The notes under the pieces: generated by a model
Database searches by the model: none
Told to the model about the DNA's origin: nothing
What the model saw: the letters and a program-made list of their open reading frames with translations, nothing else
Position numbers and translations under genes: made by a program
DNA from: Candidatus Eiseniibacteriota bacterium
Lineage (GTDB): Bacteria; Eisenbacteria; RBG-16-71-46
DNA: 64,000 bases
Reading direction: 5' to 3'
Assembly: GCA_031370785.1 (NCBI GenBank)
Contig: JANMQY010000140.1
Coordinates: forward strand, 18,627 to 82,626
In this document: piece by piece, positions 16,725 through 26,400 of the stretch
Numbering within the stretch: position 1 is the stretch's first letter
How the letters are laid out: every line of letters starts with the position of its first letter

Positions 16725-18727
16725 CAGCGGATCCATCGATCGAACCAGCCGAGCATCCGCGTGAACTGATCGGCGCGATGCCGCGGCTCGCGCAACCCAT
16801 GCCCTTCCCGCGGGTAGTGCACGAACTCGGTCGGCACCTGGAGCGCGGTCAGCGCGCGATACAGCTCCTGCGCCTGCGGATAGGGAACGCGCTGGTCGGC
16901 CTCGCCGATCAGGATGAGCGTCGGAGTCTTCGCGTTCTGGATGTAGGTCATGGGCGAGGAGCGTCTCCAGTTCTCGGGCGTCTCCCACGGCGGGCCGCCG
17001 AAGTCGAAGGCACGATACTGCTGTATGTCACTCTGCCCGTAGTGGGCGGCCAGGTCCACCGCGCCCGCGAGCACCGCCGCGGCCTTGAAGCGATCGGTGT
17101 GGGTGATGGCCCACGCGGAAAGATATCCACCGTACGAGCCGCCGTACACGCCGAGCTTGCGAGCATCCGCGAGGCCCTCCCGTACCAGGAAGTCCACGCC
17201 GCTCGTCACGTCGGCCCAATCCTGAAATCCCCAGTCGCTGCGCTTGCGTAGCATGAATGCGGTGCCGTAGCCGCCGCTCGAGCGGAAGTTTGGCATGAAC
17301 ACCTGATAGCCATGCGCGGCGAAGTACTGCGCTCCGCTCTCGAAGCCGAGCGCGTAGCGCGTGGTGTAGGGGCCGCCATGCAGGAGCACCAGCGTCTTGA
17401 GTGGCGCAGCTCCTGGCGCGTTCGGCGGCCGCAGCAGCAACCCTTCGACGTGCGCGCCGTCGCTGCTGGTCCACTGCACCACGCGCGTCGTGCCGAGGGA
17501 GAGTCCCGCGGTGCCGGCGTTGAACACGGTCGCGGCGCGGCCCGCGAGCCCTGCACCGTCGGCAACCCACAGCTCGTTCGGCTGCATCGCTTGCGACTGC
17601 ACCCACGCGACGTGTCCGTCGCCGGCGCGGACCAGCGTGCCCGTCTGGCCGCGCACGTCGAGCCCGAGGGACACGGGGCCTCCAGACCGCGGCACCGAGG
17701 CGAGGCGGGTGGTCACGCCCTGCTCGGACCAGAAGTAGAGCGTCTCACCGTCCGTGCTCCACGCGGGGGTGGATGCGTCCTCGTCGAAGTTCGCGGTGAG
17801 ATTGAGCGGCGTTCCGCCGGAAGCCGAGATCACCCGCAGATCGGTCTTGAATATATGGGTCGTACGATCCGGCCCCGACGCCCAGGCGATCCACTTCGAG
17901 TCGGGCGACCACGCGAAGCCGGTGCCGACCACGCCGAGCTTCTTCGCCGCGCCATTCACCGCATCCGCGACGCCGATGTCGGCCAGCAGCGTGTCGTCGG
18001 GCTTTCCGGTCGGGCTCACGAGATAAGCGATGCGCCTGGAGTCCGGCGACCAGCGCAGGTACCACACATACTGCTGCCCGGAGGTGATCCGGCGCGGCTT
18101 CGCGCCCGGGGATCCGGCCGGCGCGGCCAGGTCCAAGATCCACAGCGCCGGATACTGCAGGCGCTCATCCTCGATCACGTGGTCCCATTTCTTCTTCTTC
18201 CACTCGTTCACCCGCTTCGGAAGCGTGTCGAGCTTCACGTACGCAAGCCATCGACCGTCGGGTGACCATGCGACCTCGGTCACCGCGTCGTCGTACGTGC
18301 CGAACGCCCACGGCTCGCCACCGCGCAACGACATCATCCAGATCGCGCTCTTCGCATCGTCTCCGGCGCCGCGGCTTGCGATGAAAGCGAGCGTGTCGCC
18401 GCTCGGCGAAAACGTCGGGCTGGTGTCGCCCTTGGGGTGGCGGGTCAGGCGCACGGGCCGGCCGGGACCCCCGTCGCCTGTGGCGGTGAGATCCACCAGC
18501 CACAGATCGGCATTATTCGTGTTCTCGCCAGTGTCCGGGGCGGTCACGACGAACGCAATGCGCCTTCCGTCGCGCGACCCGACCGGGTCGCCGATGGAGT
18601 TGAGCGTCAACAGATGGTCGAGATCGAAGACATGGTTCTCGGCGGGCGCGGCCTTTTTCGCCGCGAGTCCAGGCGCGGCGAGTGCGAAAGCGCCCAGGGC
18701 GATAAAGGCGCAGATGAGACGTCGCAT
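16724..18727 (-). CDS. Secreted S9 prolyl oligopeptidase/acylaminoacyl peptidase
   Basis: Signal peptide; WSPD propeller repeats; HGGP, GGSYGG, D-x-RVP, EGH triad. Confidence 0.92.
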   Translation of the reverse strand: MRRLICAFIALGAFALAAPGLAAKKAAPAENHVFDLDHLLTLNSIGDPVGSRDGRRIAFVVTAPDTGENTNNADLWLVDLTATGDGGPGRPVRLTRHPKGDTSPTFSPSGDTLAFIASRGAGDDAKSAIWMMSLRGGEPWAFGTYDDAVTEVAWSPDGRWLAYVKLDTLPKRVNEWKKKKWDHVIEDERLQYPALWILDLAAPAGSPGAKPRRITSGQQYVWYLRWSPDSRRIAYLVSPTGKPDDTLLADIGVADAVNGAAKKLGVVGTGFAWSPDSKWIAWASGPDRTTHIFKTDLRVISASGGTPLNLTANFDEDASTPAWSTDGETLYFWSEQGVTTRLASVPRSGGPVSLGLDVRGQTGTLVRAGDGHVAWVQSQAMQPNELWVADGAGLAGRAATVFNAGTAGLSLGTTRVVQWTSSDGAHVEGLLLRPPNAPGAAPLKTLVLLHGGPYTTRYALGFESGAQYFAAHGYQVFMPNFRSSGGYGTAFMLRKRSDWGFQDWADVTSGVDFLVREGLADARKLGVYGGSYGGYLSAWAITHTDRFKAAAVLAGAVDLAAHYGQSDIQQYRAFDFGGPPWETPENWRRSSPMTYIQNAKTPTLILIGEADQRVPYPQAQELYRALTALQVPTEFVHYPREGHGLREPRHRADQFTRMLGWFDRWIR

Positions 18728-18818
18728 CCGGTCTCCGGGGTAGGAGGGAGGGCATGTCCTCGAGCGGGCGCACATTAGCGAACGCGTGCGTGCCGCGCCA
18801 GCAGAGCATGCGGAGCCG

Positions 18819-18858
18819 GAAACGCGAAGCGCCCCCCGGCTTGCAGGGCCAGGGCGCA
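18819..18858 (-). terminator. Probable terminator after msrB
   Basis: Minus-strand GCGCCCTGGC...GCCGGGGGGCGC stem followed by TTCGCGTTT. Confidence 0.5.
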
Positions 18859-18898
18859 TGCAACGAGGCTGGGCCGCCCCGGGCTCTTCCCGCAGTTC

Positions 18899-19474
18899 CT
18901 ACTTCGCCGGCGCGAAATCCAGCGACACCGAGTTCATGCAGTAGCGCAGGCCGGTCGGCTTCGGGCCGTCGTCGAACACGTGTCCGAGATGCCCGCCGCA
19001 GCGCGCGCACTGGACTTCGTCGCGCTGCATTCCGAACGAGGCATCGGTTGCCTTCCTGACATGGCTCTCCGCGATCGGTTCCCAGAAGCTGGGCCAGCCG
19101 GTGCCGGACTCGAACTTCGTGTCCGAGCTGAAAAGATCGAGCCCGCATGCCGCGCAGCGATAGGTTCCCTTCGCGTGGTTGTTCCAGTACTTGCCTGTGA
19201 AAGCGATCTCCGTGCCCTTCTTGCGCAGCACCCGGTACTGCTCGGGAGTCAGGGCCTTCTGCCATTCGGCGTCGGTCTTTACCACGCTGCCCACTTCGTC
19301 GTTCTTCTTCACGTCGTTCCTCTTCGCGTCGTTCTTCTTCACGTCGGTCTTCATTGCGCCCGCCTTCATCGTGACGGATGCCGTTGCTTCCGCGCCGGCC
19401 GAACGTCGGCCGCACGCGGCAACGGCGAGTATCGCTACCAGGGCTGCGACCGCGCCCAGCAATCGAACGTTCAT
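18899..19474 (-). CDS. msrB: Methionine-R-sulfoxide reductase, lipoprotein
   Basis: Lipobox [45 protein letters not shown]. Confidence 0.93.
   Translation of the reverse strand: MNVRLLGAVAALVAILAVAACGRRSAGAEATASVTMKAGAMKTDVKKNDAKRNDVKKNDEVGSVVKTDAEWQKALTPEQYRVLRKKGTEIAFTGKYWNNHAKGTYRCAACGLDLFSSDTKFESGTGWPSFWEPIAESHVRKATDASFGMQRDEVQCARCGGHLGHVFDDGPKPTGLRYCMNSVSLDFAPAK
19292..19354. repeat. Imperfect 15-bp tandem repeat (x4) inside msrB
   Basis: CTTCACGTCGTTCTT-like units encoding [20 protein letters not shown]. Confidence 0.8.
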
Positions 19475-19535
19475 TTTCAGTCTCCTCTCGAGGCGCATCG
19501 AGCGGTGAGTGTCGCTCGAGTGGCGCCTCTGGTCT

Positions 19536-19940
19536 TCAGGGCGAGTCGGGAAGCGTGTACTCGAACTCGTAGGAATGCTCCTTCCCGGCGATGACGATCG
19601 CCATCCGGCCTGCGAGCCCGGCGAGCTGGCCGGTGCCGGAATCGGGCACGACCGTGACCGAGAGTTCCGGAACGCCGCGATTCATCGTGCCGGTGTGCTG
19701 GAGCGAGAAGCTGCCGCTCCGGCCGTGCAGCGTGCCGGTGACGCGTTCCAGCGCAACGTAGCCCGCCGAGTCTGAAGCCCCGGTCATGGCCGCCAGCATC
19801 TGGCCCAGGCTAGTCGCTTCGAGATCGCCATGGAACTGCTTGTCGATGGACATGCGGCCGACGCTGGGATCGCCGATGCCTTCCTGATGCGGCTGCGGCG
19901 CGAGCTTGACCTCGAACGGACCGCTGGCTCGTGTCGGCAT
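19536..19940 (-). CDS. DUF3224-family protein
   Basis: [58 protein letters not shown]. Confidence 0.85.
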   Translation of the reverse strand: MPTRASGPFEVKLAPQPHQEGIGDPSVGRMSIDKQFHGDLEATSLGQMLAAMTGASDSAGYVALERVTGTLHGRSGSFSLQHTGTMNRGVPELSVTVVPDSGTGQLAGLAGRMAIVIAGKEHSYEFEYTLPDSP

Positions 19941-20098
19941 GACGTTCCTTCTACGTGGTGCGAAACGGCGCGCTCTGCCTGCGGCGGGTCTCGCTGAGTA
20001 TACGGGGCTGGCTTCCCGATGGGACGGGATCGACAAACATCTGACATCTGGCGCACATTTTGCGCCCCGACACGTCGATTTCGTCTCGTCGTACGGTG

Positions 20099-20821
20099 CT
20101 ATTTGCCGCTGAGCGCAGCCCGCGCTTCGGGGTCCGCGAGTTCGGCCCACTTCGCGTACATCGCACCCGACGGGTGCAGCCCGTCCGCCACAACAGTGGT
20201 CGCGTCCAGCGCTGCGGCACGCGAAGCCGGTGTGATGTCCACCCAGTGCGCGCCGGCGCGTCGCGTCTCGTCGCGCGCGACCGCGTTGAAGGAGTCGATC
20301 GCGGTCGCGATCTCCGCGCGGTCGCGCCCTTCCGCGAACGGCGTGACGCCCCAGTCCGGAATCGAGAGCACGATCACGCGCCTCGCCTCGCGGTCCGCCA
20401 GCGTGGTGGCCTTATCCAGCAGGGCGATGAACTGCGCGCGATATTCCTCGACGCTGCGTCCGCGAAACTGATTGTTGACGCCGATCAGCAGCGAGACCAG
20501 CGCGTACGGCCCCTGAGGATTGCGCCTGGCGATCGCGGCGGCGAGCTCGTCGGTGGTCCATCCGGTTTTCGCGATGATCTCGGGCTCTGGGATCTTCGCG
20601 CCGCTCGCACGCAGCCGGGCTGCAAGCTGCTCGGGCCAGCGCTCGGCGACTGGGACGCCCTCGCCGATCGTGTAGGAATCACCCAGCGCCAGATAACGCA
20701 CGACACGGCCTCGCTCGAGCGGGTGGGACTGATGCGGTGCGCGGGAGCCGGCGGCGCCGCCTGCACCGAGCACAGCGAGAAACGCACCGACCAGGCCGGT
20801 CCATCGTCTGACATGAAGCAT
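20099..20821 (-). CDS. SGNH/GDSL hydrolase
   Basis: LALGDSYTIG, TGWTT, IGVNN, DGLHP. Confidence 0.9.
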   Translation of the reverse strand: MLHVRRWTGLVGAFLAVLGAGGAAGSRAPHQSHPLERGRVVRYLALGDSYTIGEGVPVAERWPEQLAARLRASGAKIPEPEIIAKTGWTTDELAAAIARRNPQGPYALVSLLIGVNNQFRGRSVEEYRAQFIALLDKATTLADREARRVIVLSIPDWGVTPFAEGRDRAEIATAIDSFNAVARDETRRAGAHWVDITPASRAAALDATTVVADGLHPSGAMYAKWAELADPEARAALSGK

Positions 20822-20858
20822 CGCACCCGCGAGTGTAGCGCGCGACCCCTGCGCGCCC

Positions 20859-20898
20859 GAAACGAACGCCGGGCGCGGAGGCGCACCCGGCGTTTCGA
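20859..20898 (-). terminator. Probable terminator
   Basis: AACGCCGGGTGCG/CGCGCCCGGCGTT stem followed by CGTTT on the minus strand. Confidence 0.5.
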
Positions 20899-20912
20899 TT
20901 GTTCTGCCCGCT

Positions 20913-21263
20913 TCAGCGCGCGACCGGCGTTCGCACCACCACCCGATGCGCGGTCGGATGCCCATCCTCGTCGCGGTAGAACACCGTGACGCGAGTCTGC
21001 TTCTCGATCTCGCCGGTGGCGGTCATCTCGGAGTGCTTCACGAACTGAATCGTGCGCGGTGTCTTGCCCTTCTTCTCGACCGTCAGACTGTTCTTGTCGA
21101 CCGAAGTCACGACACCAGTGAACTGATGCAGCGCAGTCCGCGCCTTTGCCTTCGCGGGCGCGGCTGCCTTCGCAGCCGCGTGAGCGCTGTGCGCGAGCGG
21201 GAGCGCCATCGCACTCGAGAGCAGTGCCGCGACCAGCGCGGCCCCCTTCCATCCCTTCATCAT
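20913..21263 (-). CDS. Small secreted OB-fold-like protein
   Basis: Signal peptide; HQFTGVVTSVD...LTVEK...RVTVFY...AHRVVV; RBS GAGAGG. Confidence 0.7.
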   Translation of the reverse strand: MMKGWKGAALVAALLSSAMALPLAHSAHAAAKAAAPAKAKARTALHQFTGVVTSVDKNSLTVEKKGKTPRTIQFVKHSEMTATGEIEKQTRVTVFYRDEDGHPTAHRVVVRTPVAR

Positions 21264-21413
21264 TCCTCTCACCTCCTCTCGTCCTCTGGAGGCGGGGCGA
21301 GGCGCATGCTAGGAACCGGAGCGGCGGGCGTCAAGCATTTTGACTGCGATTTCAAAGGGTGGAAACGATGTGTGCAGATTCGTGCCCGGCGTGGACGGCG
21401 TGGACGGCGGAGG

Positions 21414-22184
21414 TCAGCCGCGCGGGCGCTTGACGCCCAGCTTGATCATGCGCGAGGCGAGCGTGTTGGGATGCAGCCCGAGAATGGCCGCCGCGCCGCG
21501 CGGTCCGCTGATGCGACCGGAAGTGTGCGCGAGCGTGCGTTCGATCGTTTCGCGTTCGATTTCGGCGAGCGTGCGTTCTGGCGCGGGCACGGCTGAGGCG
21601 TCCGCCGACAGCTCGCGCACGGTTGAGGCGCCGGCCGACGGCTCGCGCGCGTCTCGCGAAGGCGGCCCGGCTTTCCGTGATTGCGTTTCGGTGTCGCGTG
21701 CGCGTGCGTCGATCTCTCGCCCTTCCTTCGCATGTGCGGCAAGGGCCTGATCGGCGGCGAACCCGATGAGTCTCACCTCGGCGTCGGTCAGCTCGCGGCG
21801 CGAGAACAACGCGAGCACGCCGATGGAAACACTGTCACGCACCAGCGGCACCGCGACGAAGCTCCGCACCCGGTGCGTGGCCAGCCAGGTGGCCTCGGCA
21901 AGCGAGCGGGTCGCGATTCCGCCCCGGGCGACGTACGGGCGCAGGCGCACCACCGCCATGCCTACTTCGCGCGCCCCGATGGGAAACCGCCGGAAGGCGC
22001 CATCGATGCGTTCCGTGGTGCCGGCGCTTGCGACCAGGTGGAGACAGAGAGCCTGGTCAGGGCATTCTGGGCGCATCTGGCACGTCGTGCACTGATCCCC
22101 GGGTCCAATCCTCCAGAGCCGTGAAAGTACAGCATCGCAAGCGACTACGGCGTCATGGGTGAGCTTTGTGAGAGCGTCCGGCAT
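21414..22184 (-). CDS. Cys-rich GAF + Fis-type HTH regulator with no AAA+ domain
   Basis: CTTCQMRPECPDQALC; GAF end SFVAVPL...IGVLALFS; C-terminal TLAEIERETIERTL...GRISGPRGAAAILGLHPNTLASRMIKLG (FhlA-like). Confidence 0.8.
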   Translation of the reverse strand: MPDALTKLTHDAVVACDAVLSRLWRIGPGDQCTTCQMRPECPDQALCLHLVASAGTTERIDGAFRRFPIGAREVGMAVVRLRPYVARGGIATRSLAEATWLATHRVRSFVAVPLVRDSVSIGVLALFSRRELTDAEVRLIGFAADQALAAHAKEGREIDARARDTETQSRKAGPPSRDAREPSAGASTVRELSADASAVPAPERTLAEIERETIERTLAHTSGRISGPRGAAAILGLHPNTLASRMIKLGVKRPRG

Positions 22185-22203
22185 GCCAGGAAGTAGAGCA
22201 CAG

Positions 22204-22236
22204 TCACGGCATTTCGTGAATCACGAAATATCGTGA
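22204..22236. promoter_or_regulatory. Two tandem palindromic sites TCACG-N6-CGTGA
   Basis: TCACGGCATTTCGTGA (22204-22219) and TCACGAAATATCGTGA (22221-22236), 20 bp upstream of the GAF-Fis start. Confidence 0.7.
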
Positions 22237-22389
22237 GTTCAGAATCGACAGCGCGGCCGGGGCAGCGACCAGTCCCCAAGTGAACGCGGCTCGAGGAGGA
22301 GGAGGCCGCCTTGCGGGAAGTGGCATTGGGGAAGCACGGCTCGAGGGGGAGGCGAGCGGCGTCCGCCGCCCCCCGCCCCCCGTCTCCCT

Positions 22390-22908
22390 CTAGCCGGAGA
22401 CCGCAGCGCCCTCGTGTTCCAGCAGCCAGCGCTTGCGCGCGAGTCCGCCGGCATAGCCGTGGAGCTTCCCGTCCGAGCCGATCACCCGGTGACACGGGGT
22501 CGCGATCGCGATCGGGTTCGCGCCGTTCGCCGTGCCTACCGCGCGGACCGCGGACGGAGCTCCGCCGCGCGTGGCGATCTGGCGGTATGACACCGTGCGC
22601 CCCGCGGGGATGCGGCGCAGCGCGCGCCAGACCTTGCGCTGGAACGGCGTGCCGCCCTCATCGAGCGCGAGCCCCGAAAGCGCGGCGAGATCGCCGGAGA
22701 GATAGGCGCGGATCCGCGCGGGTGCGCCCGCGAGTGGGGCCGCGGCCGGCGCCACGTCGCGCACTTCCACGTCGCCGAAGCGGCGCGCGAGCGTGCGCAC
22801 GCGGCGGGCGCGGCCCTCCACGAAACCGAGCGCGCAGACGCGACCGCCGCGGGCGTACAGCTCCAGCGTGCCCGCCGGAGTTTCGAGTGTGGTGCGATGC
22901 AGGATCAT
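22390..22908 (-). CDS. ogt: Methylated-DNA-protein-cysteine methyltransferase
   Basis: GTPFQRKVW, RAVGTANGANP, PCHRV; ATGA overlap with alkA. Confidence 0.92.
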   Translation of the reverse strand: MILHRTTLETPAGTLELYARGGRVCALGFVEGRARRVRTLARRFGDVEVRDVAPAAAPLAGAPARIRAYLSGDLAALSGLALDEGGTPFQRKVWRALRRIPAGRTVSYRQIATRGGAPSAVRAVGTANGANPIAIATPCHRVIGSDGKLHGYAGGLARKRWLLEHEGAAVSG

Positions 22909-24398
22909 TTTCTTTCCTTTCGTTGGAGAGTCGGGACGGTGTCGCGCCGCCACAATGTCATGACCGCGTAGGCGCGCCACGGGCGCCACGCTTCCGCGCG
23001 GGCCTCGACCTCGCGCAGCGTCGGGAGCCGGCCGTGCACCGCGAGCGCCCGGCGCACGCCGAGGTCGCCGGCCGGCAAAGCATCCGGCTCGCCGAGTGCC
23101 CGCATCGCGATGTACTGAGCGGTCCAGGGCCCGATGCCGGGCAGCCTGCACAGCGTCTCGATCGCCGCATCGAGCGCGCCGAGCTGGTCGAAGTCCAGCG
23201 TGCCGTCGTGCACCGAGGCGGCGAGGGATCGCACCGCATCGGCGCGGGCGCGGGTCAGGCCGATGCGCTCGAGCGGCGCAGAAGCGAGCGCGGCCGGCGG
23301 CGGGAAGCAGTGCGAGAGCCCGGGTGGCGCCGGCCCCAGGAGCGGCGTCCCGAAAGTCCGCGCGATGCGCCCGGCGAGTGTGGTCGCCGCGCGCACCGAG
23401 ACCTGCTGGCCGAGAATCGCGCGCACCGCCAGCTCGAACGGATCCCATGCGCCAGGCACGCGAATCCCGCGGCTCGCCTCGACCGCGTTTGCGAGCCGTG
23501 GATCGCGACGCAGATGAATCGCGATCGCGCGGGCGTCGGCGCCCAGATCGAAAACACGGCTGACGCGGGAAACGATCCGGATCAGGTCGCGGGGCGCCGC
23601 GAGGCGCACGCGCAGCTCGAGCTGGCGCTCATCGTGACGCCTTACCTCGATCGAGCCCGGCACGCCGCCGTTCACGATCGTGCGCCGCCACACTCCGTCC
23701 GCCACCGACTCGACGCCGGGAATCGCGCGTGGCCCGAGATAGGCGAGCAGCGCGTCCCAGTCGAACGGCTCGCGATACGGCAGGCGCAGCGAGAGCGCGC
23801 CGGCCGGCTCGAGTTCTGCTCCGGTTTGAACCCGGGTGCGCGTGCCGCGTCGCAGCTCGCGCGGCGCGCGGCGGAACGTGTCGCGGATCGCATGATTGAA
23901 GCGGCGGATGCTCGCGAAGCCCGACGCCAGCGCGATCTCGCCCATCGCCAGGTCGGTCTCGTCGATCAGGCGGCGCGCGAAGTGCACCCGGCGCGTGTGC
24001 GCGACCGCGATCGGCGAGGCCCCGAGATGCTCGTGGAACAGCCGCCGCAGGTGACGATCCCCGACGCCGAGCCGGTCCGCGAGCGCTTCGACCCCATCGA
24101 GATCGAGCGCACCGGTCTCGATCAGGCGCAGCGCGCGGCTCACGGTCGCCGACGTTCCGCTCCACGCCGGCGCTCCGGGCGCGGTCTCGGGCCGGCAGCG
24201 CAGGCAGGGCCTGAAGCCCGCCTCCTCCGCCGCTGCCGCGCAGGTGTAGAAGCGCACGTTCCGCGCGCGAGGCATCGGCGCCGGGCAACCCGGCCGGCAG
24301 TAGACACCGGTGGTCACGACGGCGGTGACGAACCGCCCGTCAAAACGCCGATCGCGCGCGACGAATGCCTGGTAGCAAGCCCGGGAGTCGAGTTCCAT
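22905..24398 (-). CDS. alkA: Ada Zn-binding/AraC + AlkA 3-methyladenine glycosylase fusion
   Basis: TTGVYCRPGC, GFRPCLRCRP, AraC HTH, ILGQQVS, LPGIGPWTA, WRPWRAYA. Confidence 0.92.
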   Translation of the reverse strand: MELDSRACYQAFVARDRRFDGRFVTAVVTTGVYCRPGCPAPMPRARNVRFYTCAAAAEEAGFRPCLRCRPETAPGAPAWSGTSATVSRALRLIETGALDLDGVEALADRLGVGDRHLRRLFHEHLGASPIAVAHTRRVHFARRLIDETDLAMGEIALASGFASIRRFNHAIRDTFRRAPRELRRGTRTRVQTGAELEPAGALSLRLPYREPFDWDALLAYLGPRAIPGVESVADGVWRRTIVNGGVPGSIEVRRHDERQLELRVRLAAPRDLIRIVSRVSRVFDLGADARAIAIHLRRDPRLANAVEASRGIRVPGAWDPFELAVRAILGQQVSVRAATTLAGRIARTFGTPLLGPAPPGLSHCFPPPAALASAPLERIGLTRARADAVRSLAASVHDGTLDFDQLGALDAAIETLCRLPGIGPWTAQYIAMRALGEPDALPAGDLGVRRALAVHGRLPTLREVEARAEAWRPWRAYAVMTLWRRDTVPTLQRKERK

Positions 24399-24524
24399 GC
24401 GCACAAGATACCCCGCCCCGGCCCGGGAGTCTGGCCGTTTTCGGACATGGTTGCGTCGGCAACAAATGGCGGTTCGAACGCGGTGCGGTGCGGAAGGTTC
24501 TGCGAGGAGCGGGCGCGTCCCCGG

Positions 24525-26171
24525 TCAGGGCCGGATGCGCGCGAGCACGAGGCTCGGCGTGCGCATCACGATCTCGAGCGGCGAGCCCGCCGCCCGCGCC
24601 ACTTCGCCTTCGTGCGATGGCGAGAACGCGAGATACACGTGCCCGTCCGCCGAGACCAGATCGCGCAGCCCGGACGCGACGTCTGCGATCGGCACCAGAT
24701 TGCGGCGCGCGTACAGCCTCAGTGAAGGCGGTGCGGCTTCGATCAGCCCGAGGGGCGCCCGCTCCGGCGCCACCTGATTGAGCGTGAGCGCGACCGAGCG
24801 GGCGTTCAGATAGCCCTCCATCTCGGGCAGCACGCGCGCGGTCACGATCGGCGCCCCAAGCGCGACCGGCAACATCATCAGCGCGGCCGCGACGCGGCGC
24901 CGGCCGAGGTAGCTCGCGAGGAACGGCAGCCACGATGCGCCGAACATCACCGCGCCGAGCAGGCGCAGCTCGGGCGCGGCCTCGCGTACCCGACTCGCGA
25001 GCACCGCGAGCGCAATCGCCAGAGCGCTGCCGGTGATCGCCAGCATGCGCGTCGCGCGCGCGATCGGGCGCGCGAGGCGTTCCGCGTCTTCCATCAGGTG
25101 GTCCAGCATCCGGCCGCACAGGAGCGCGGCGGCCGGCAGTGCGGGCAGCGCGGCGGGCAACGGTGGCCCGGGGTAGATCGCGATCGGCAGCACCGCGGCG
25201 ACCAGCGAGGCGATGAAGAAATGCGCGGTCGCCTCTTCGCGCGCCTCGCGCCCGAGCGGACCGGTCGGGCTCGCTTCGGGCGGCGTCGTCGGGGCGCCGG
25301 CGAGCGGCGCGCGGCGGCGCGCGAAACGCCACCAGGTGGCGGCATGGATCATGGCTTCGGGCATGAGCGCGCTCCACGGGAAGAACGCGACCACCAGAAA
25401 CGAAAGCATGAGCAGCGGGCCCGAGTACCAGGGCCCGCGCGGCTCGATCGCATACGGGAAGAACGGCGCGTGCGCGAGGAACCTGGCTCCGTAGCGCTCG
25501 ATCATCGCGCCGTACCAGGGCAGCGCGAGCCCGATCATCACGCACAGCCCGGCCAGCGGCCGCGCGCGTGACACGCCGTCCGGTGTGCGCGCCAGCAGCG
25601 CGTAGAGCACGAGTCCGCCGAGCGGCCACAGCGCGGGCAGAGGTCCGGCAACCAGCAACGCCGCAGCGAGTGCGCCGTACGCGACGATGAGCCGCAGGTC
25701 GCGCCCGGCGCTGCGGCCGAACATCGCATCCGCGAGGCCGGCTGCGCCGACCCAGCCGAACAGCGAGCCGAGCAGCTGAGCGCCGTCGGTGCGAGCGGCG
25801 AGCGGCAGGCCCGCGCAGCTCGCGAGCACGCCCGCGGCGCACCAGCCGGCGCGGGTGCCGAAGTGTCGCGCGCCGATCGAGGCGGTCAGCAGCAGCAACG
25901 CCACCGCGAGTCCGGCACGCATCTGGCGCGAGTGCAGCGGCGAATCGTCCCCGAACAGCGCGACGACCACCTCGGGCGCGTAGGCGAGCACCGGCTTCTC
26001 GAACAGCGCCTCGCCGCCGAGCACCGGGGTCAGCACCTCGCGGCGCGCGATCATCTCGCGGGCCACCGCCACGTCGCGCGCCTCGCGATCGTCGGTGAAT
26101 CCGATTCGCTCCGCGCCCGCGAAAAGCACCGCGAGGCACAGCACGGCGAGGATGAGCGGAGCCGGGCGCAT
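24525..26171 (-). CDS. ArnT/PMT (GT-C, GT83/39-like) membrane glycosyltransferase
   Basis: DDREARDVAVAREM, FEKPVL, PWY; many TM helices. Confidence 0.75.
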   Translation of the reverse strand: MRPAPLILAVLCLAVLFAGAERIGFTDDREARDVAVAREMIARREVLTPVLGGEALFEKPVLAYAPEVVVALFGDDSPLHSRQMRAGLAVALLLLTASIGARHFGTRAGWCAAGVLASCAGLPLAARTDGAQLLGSLFGWVGAAGLADAMFGRSAGRDLRLIVAYGALAAALLVAGPLPALWPLGGLVLYALLARTPDGVSRARPLAGLCVMIGLALPWYGAMIERYGARFLAHAPFFPYAIEPRGPWYSGPLLMLSFLVVAFFPWSALMPEAMIHAATWWRFARRRAPLAGAPTTPPEASPTGPLGREAREEATAHFFIASLVAAVLPIAIYPGPPLPAALPALPAAALLCGRMLDHLMEDAERLARPIARATRMLAITGSALAIALAVLASRVREAAPELRLLGAVMFGASWLPFLASYLGRRRVAAALMMLPVALGAPIVTARVLPEMEGYLNARSVALTLNQVAPERAPLGLIEAAPPSLRLYARRNLVPIADVASGLRDLVSADGHVYLAFSPSHEGEVARAAGSPLEIVMRTPSLVLARIRP

Positions 26172-26253
26172 GGGGCCGGAACATAGCAGAGCGCGCCGCA
26201 CACCAGCACGGCGCACGCCGGGCGAATCCGCGCGAGCCGCACCACGTTCCGGG

Positions 26254-26338
26254 TCCGGAACTCGCCGCTCGCCGTGCTGCCATTGACACGTCCGGAGCTC
26301 GCCGCTCGCCGCGCTGCTATTGACGCGGCCGGAGCGCG
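26254..26338 (+). repeat. 37-bp tandem duplication in the acsA/arnT intergenic region
   Basis: 26254-26290 versus 26291-26327: 33/37 identical, plus a partial third copy; each unit contains TTGAC. Confidence 0.85.
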
Positions 26339-26400
26339 TTGGATAGCCTTCGCCCGCGCTGCCGTCCACGACGCACCCGACACCGTCCCGGGGAGGATCC

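Noticed and set aside
20049..20064. Sigma-54-like TGGC-N7-TTGC on the plus strand
   Set aside because: It points into the 3' end of a minus-strand gene with no sense ORF downstream; probably chance, though an antisense RNA cannot be excluded.
26254..26338. 37-bp repeats as a CRISPR array
   Set aside because: The units are directly adjacent with no spacers, there are only two full copies, and no cas genes are present.
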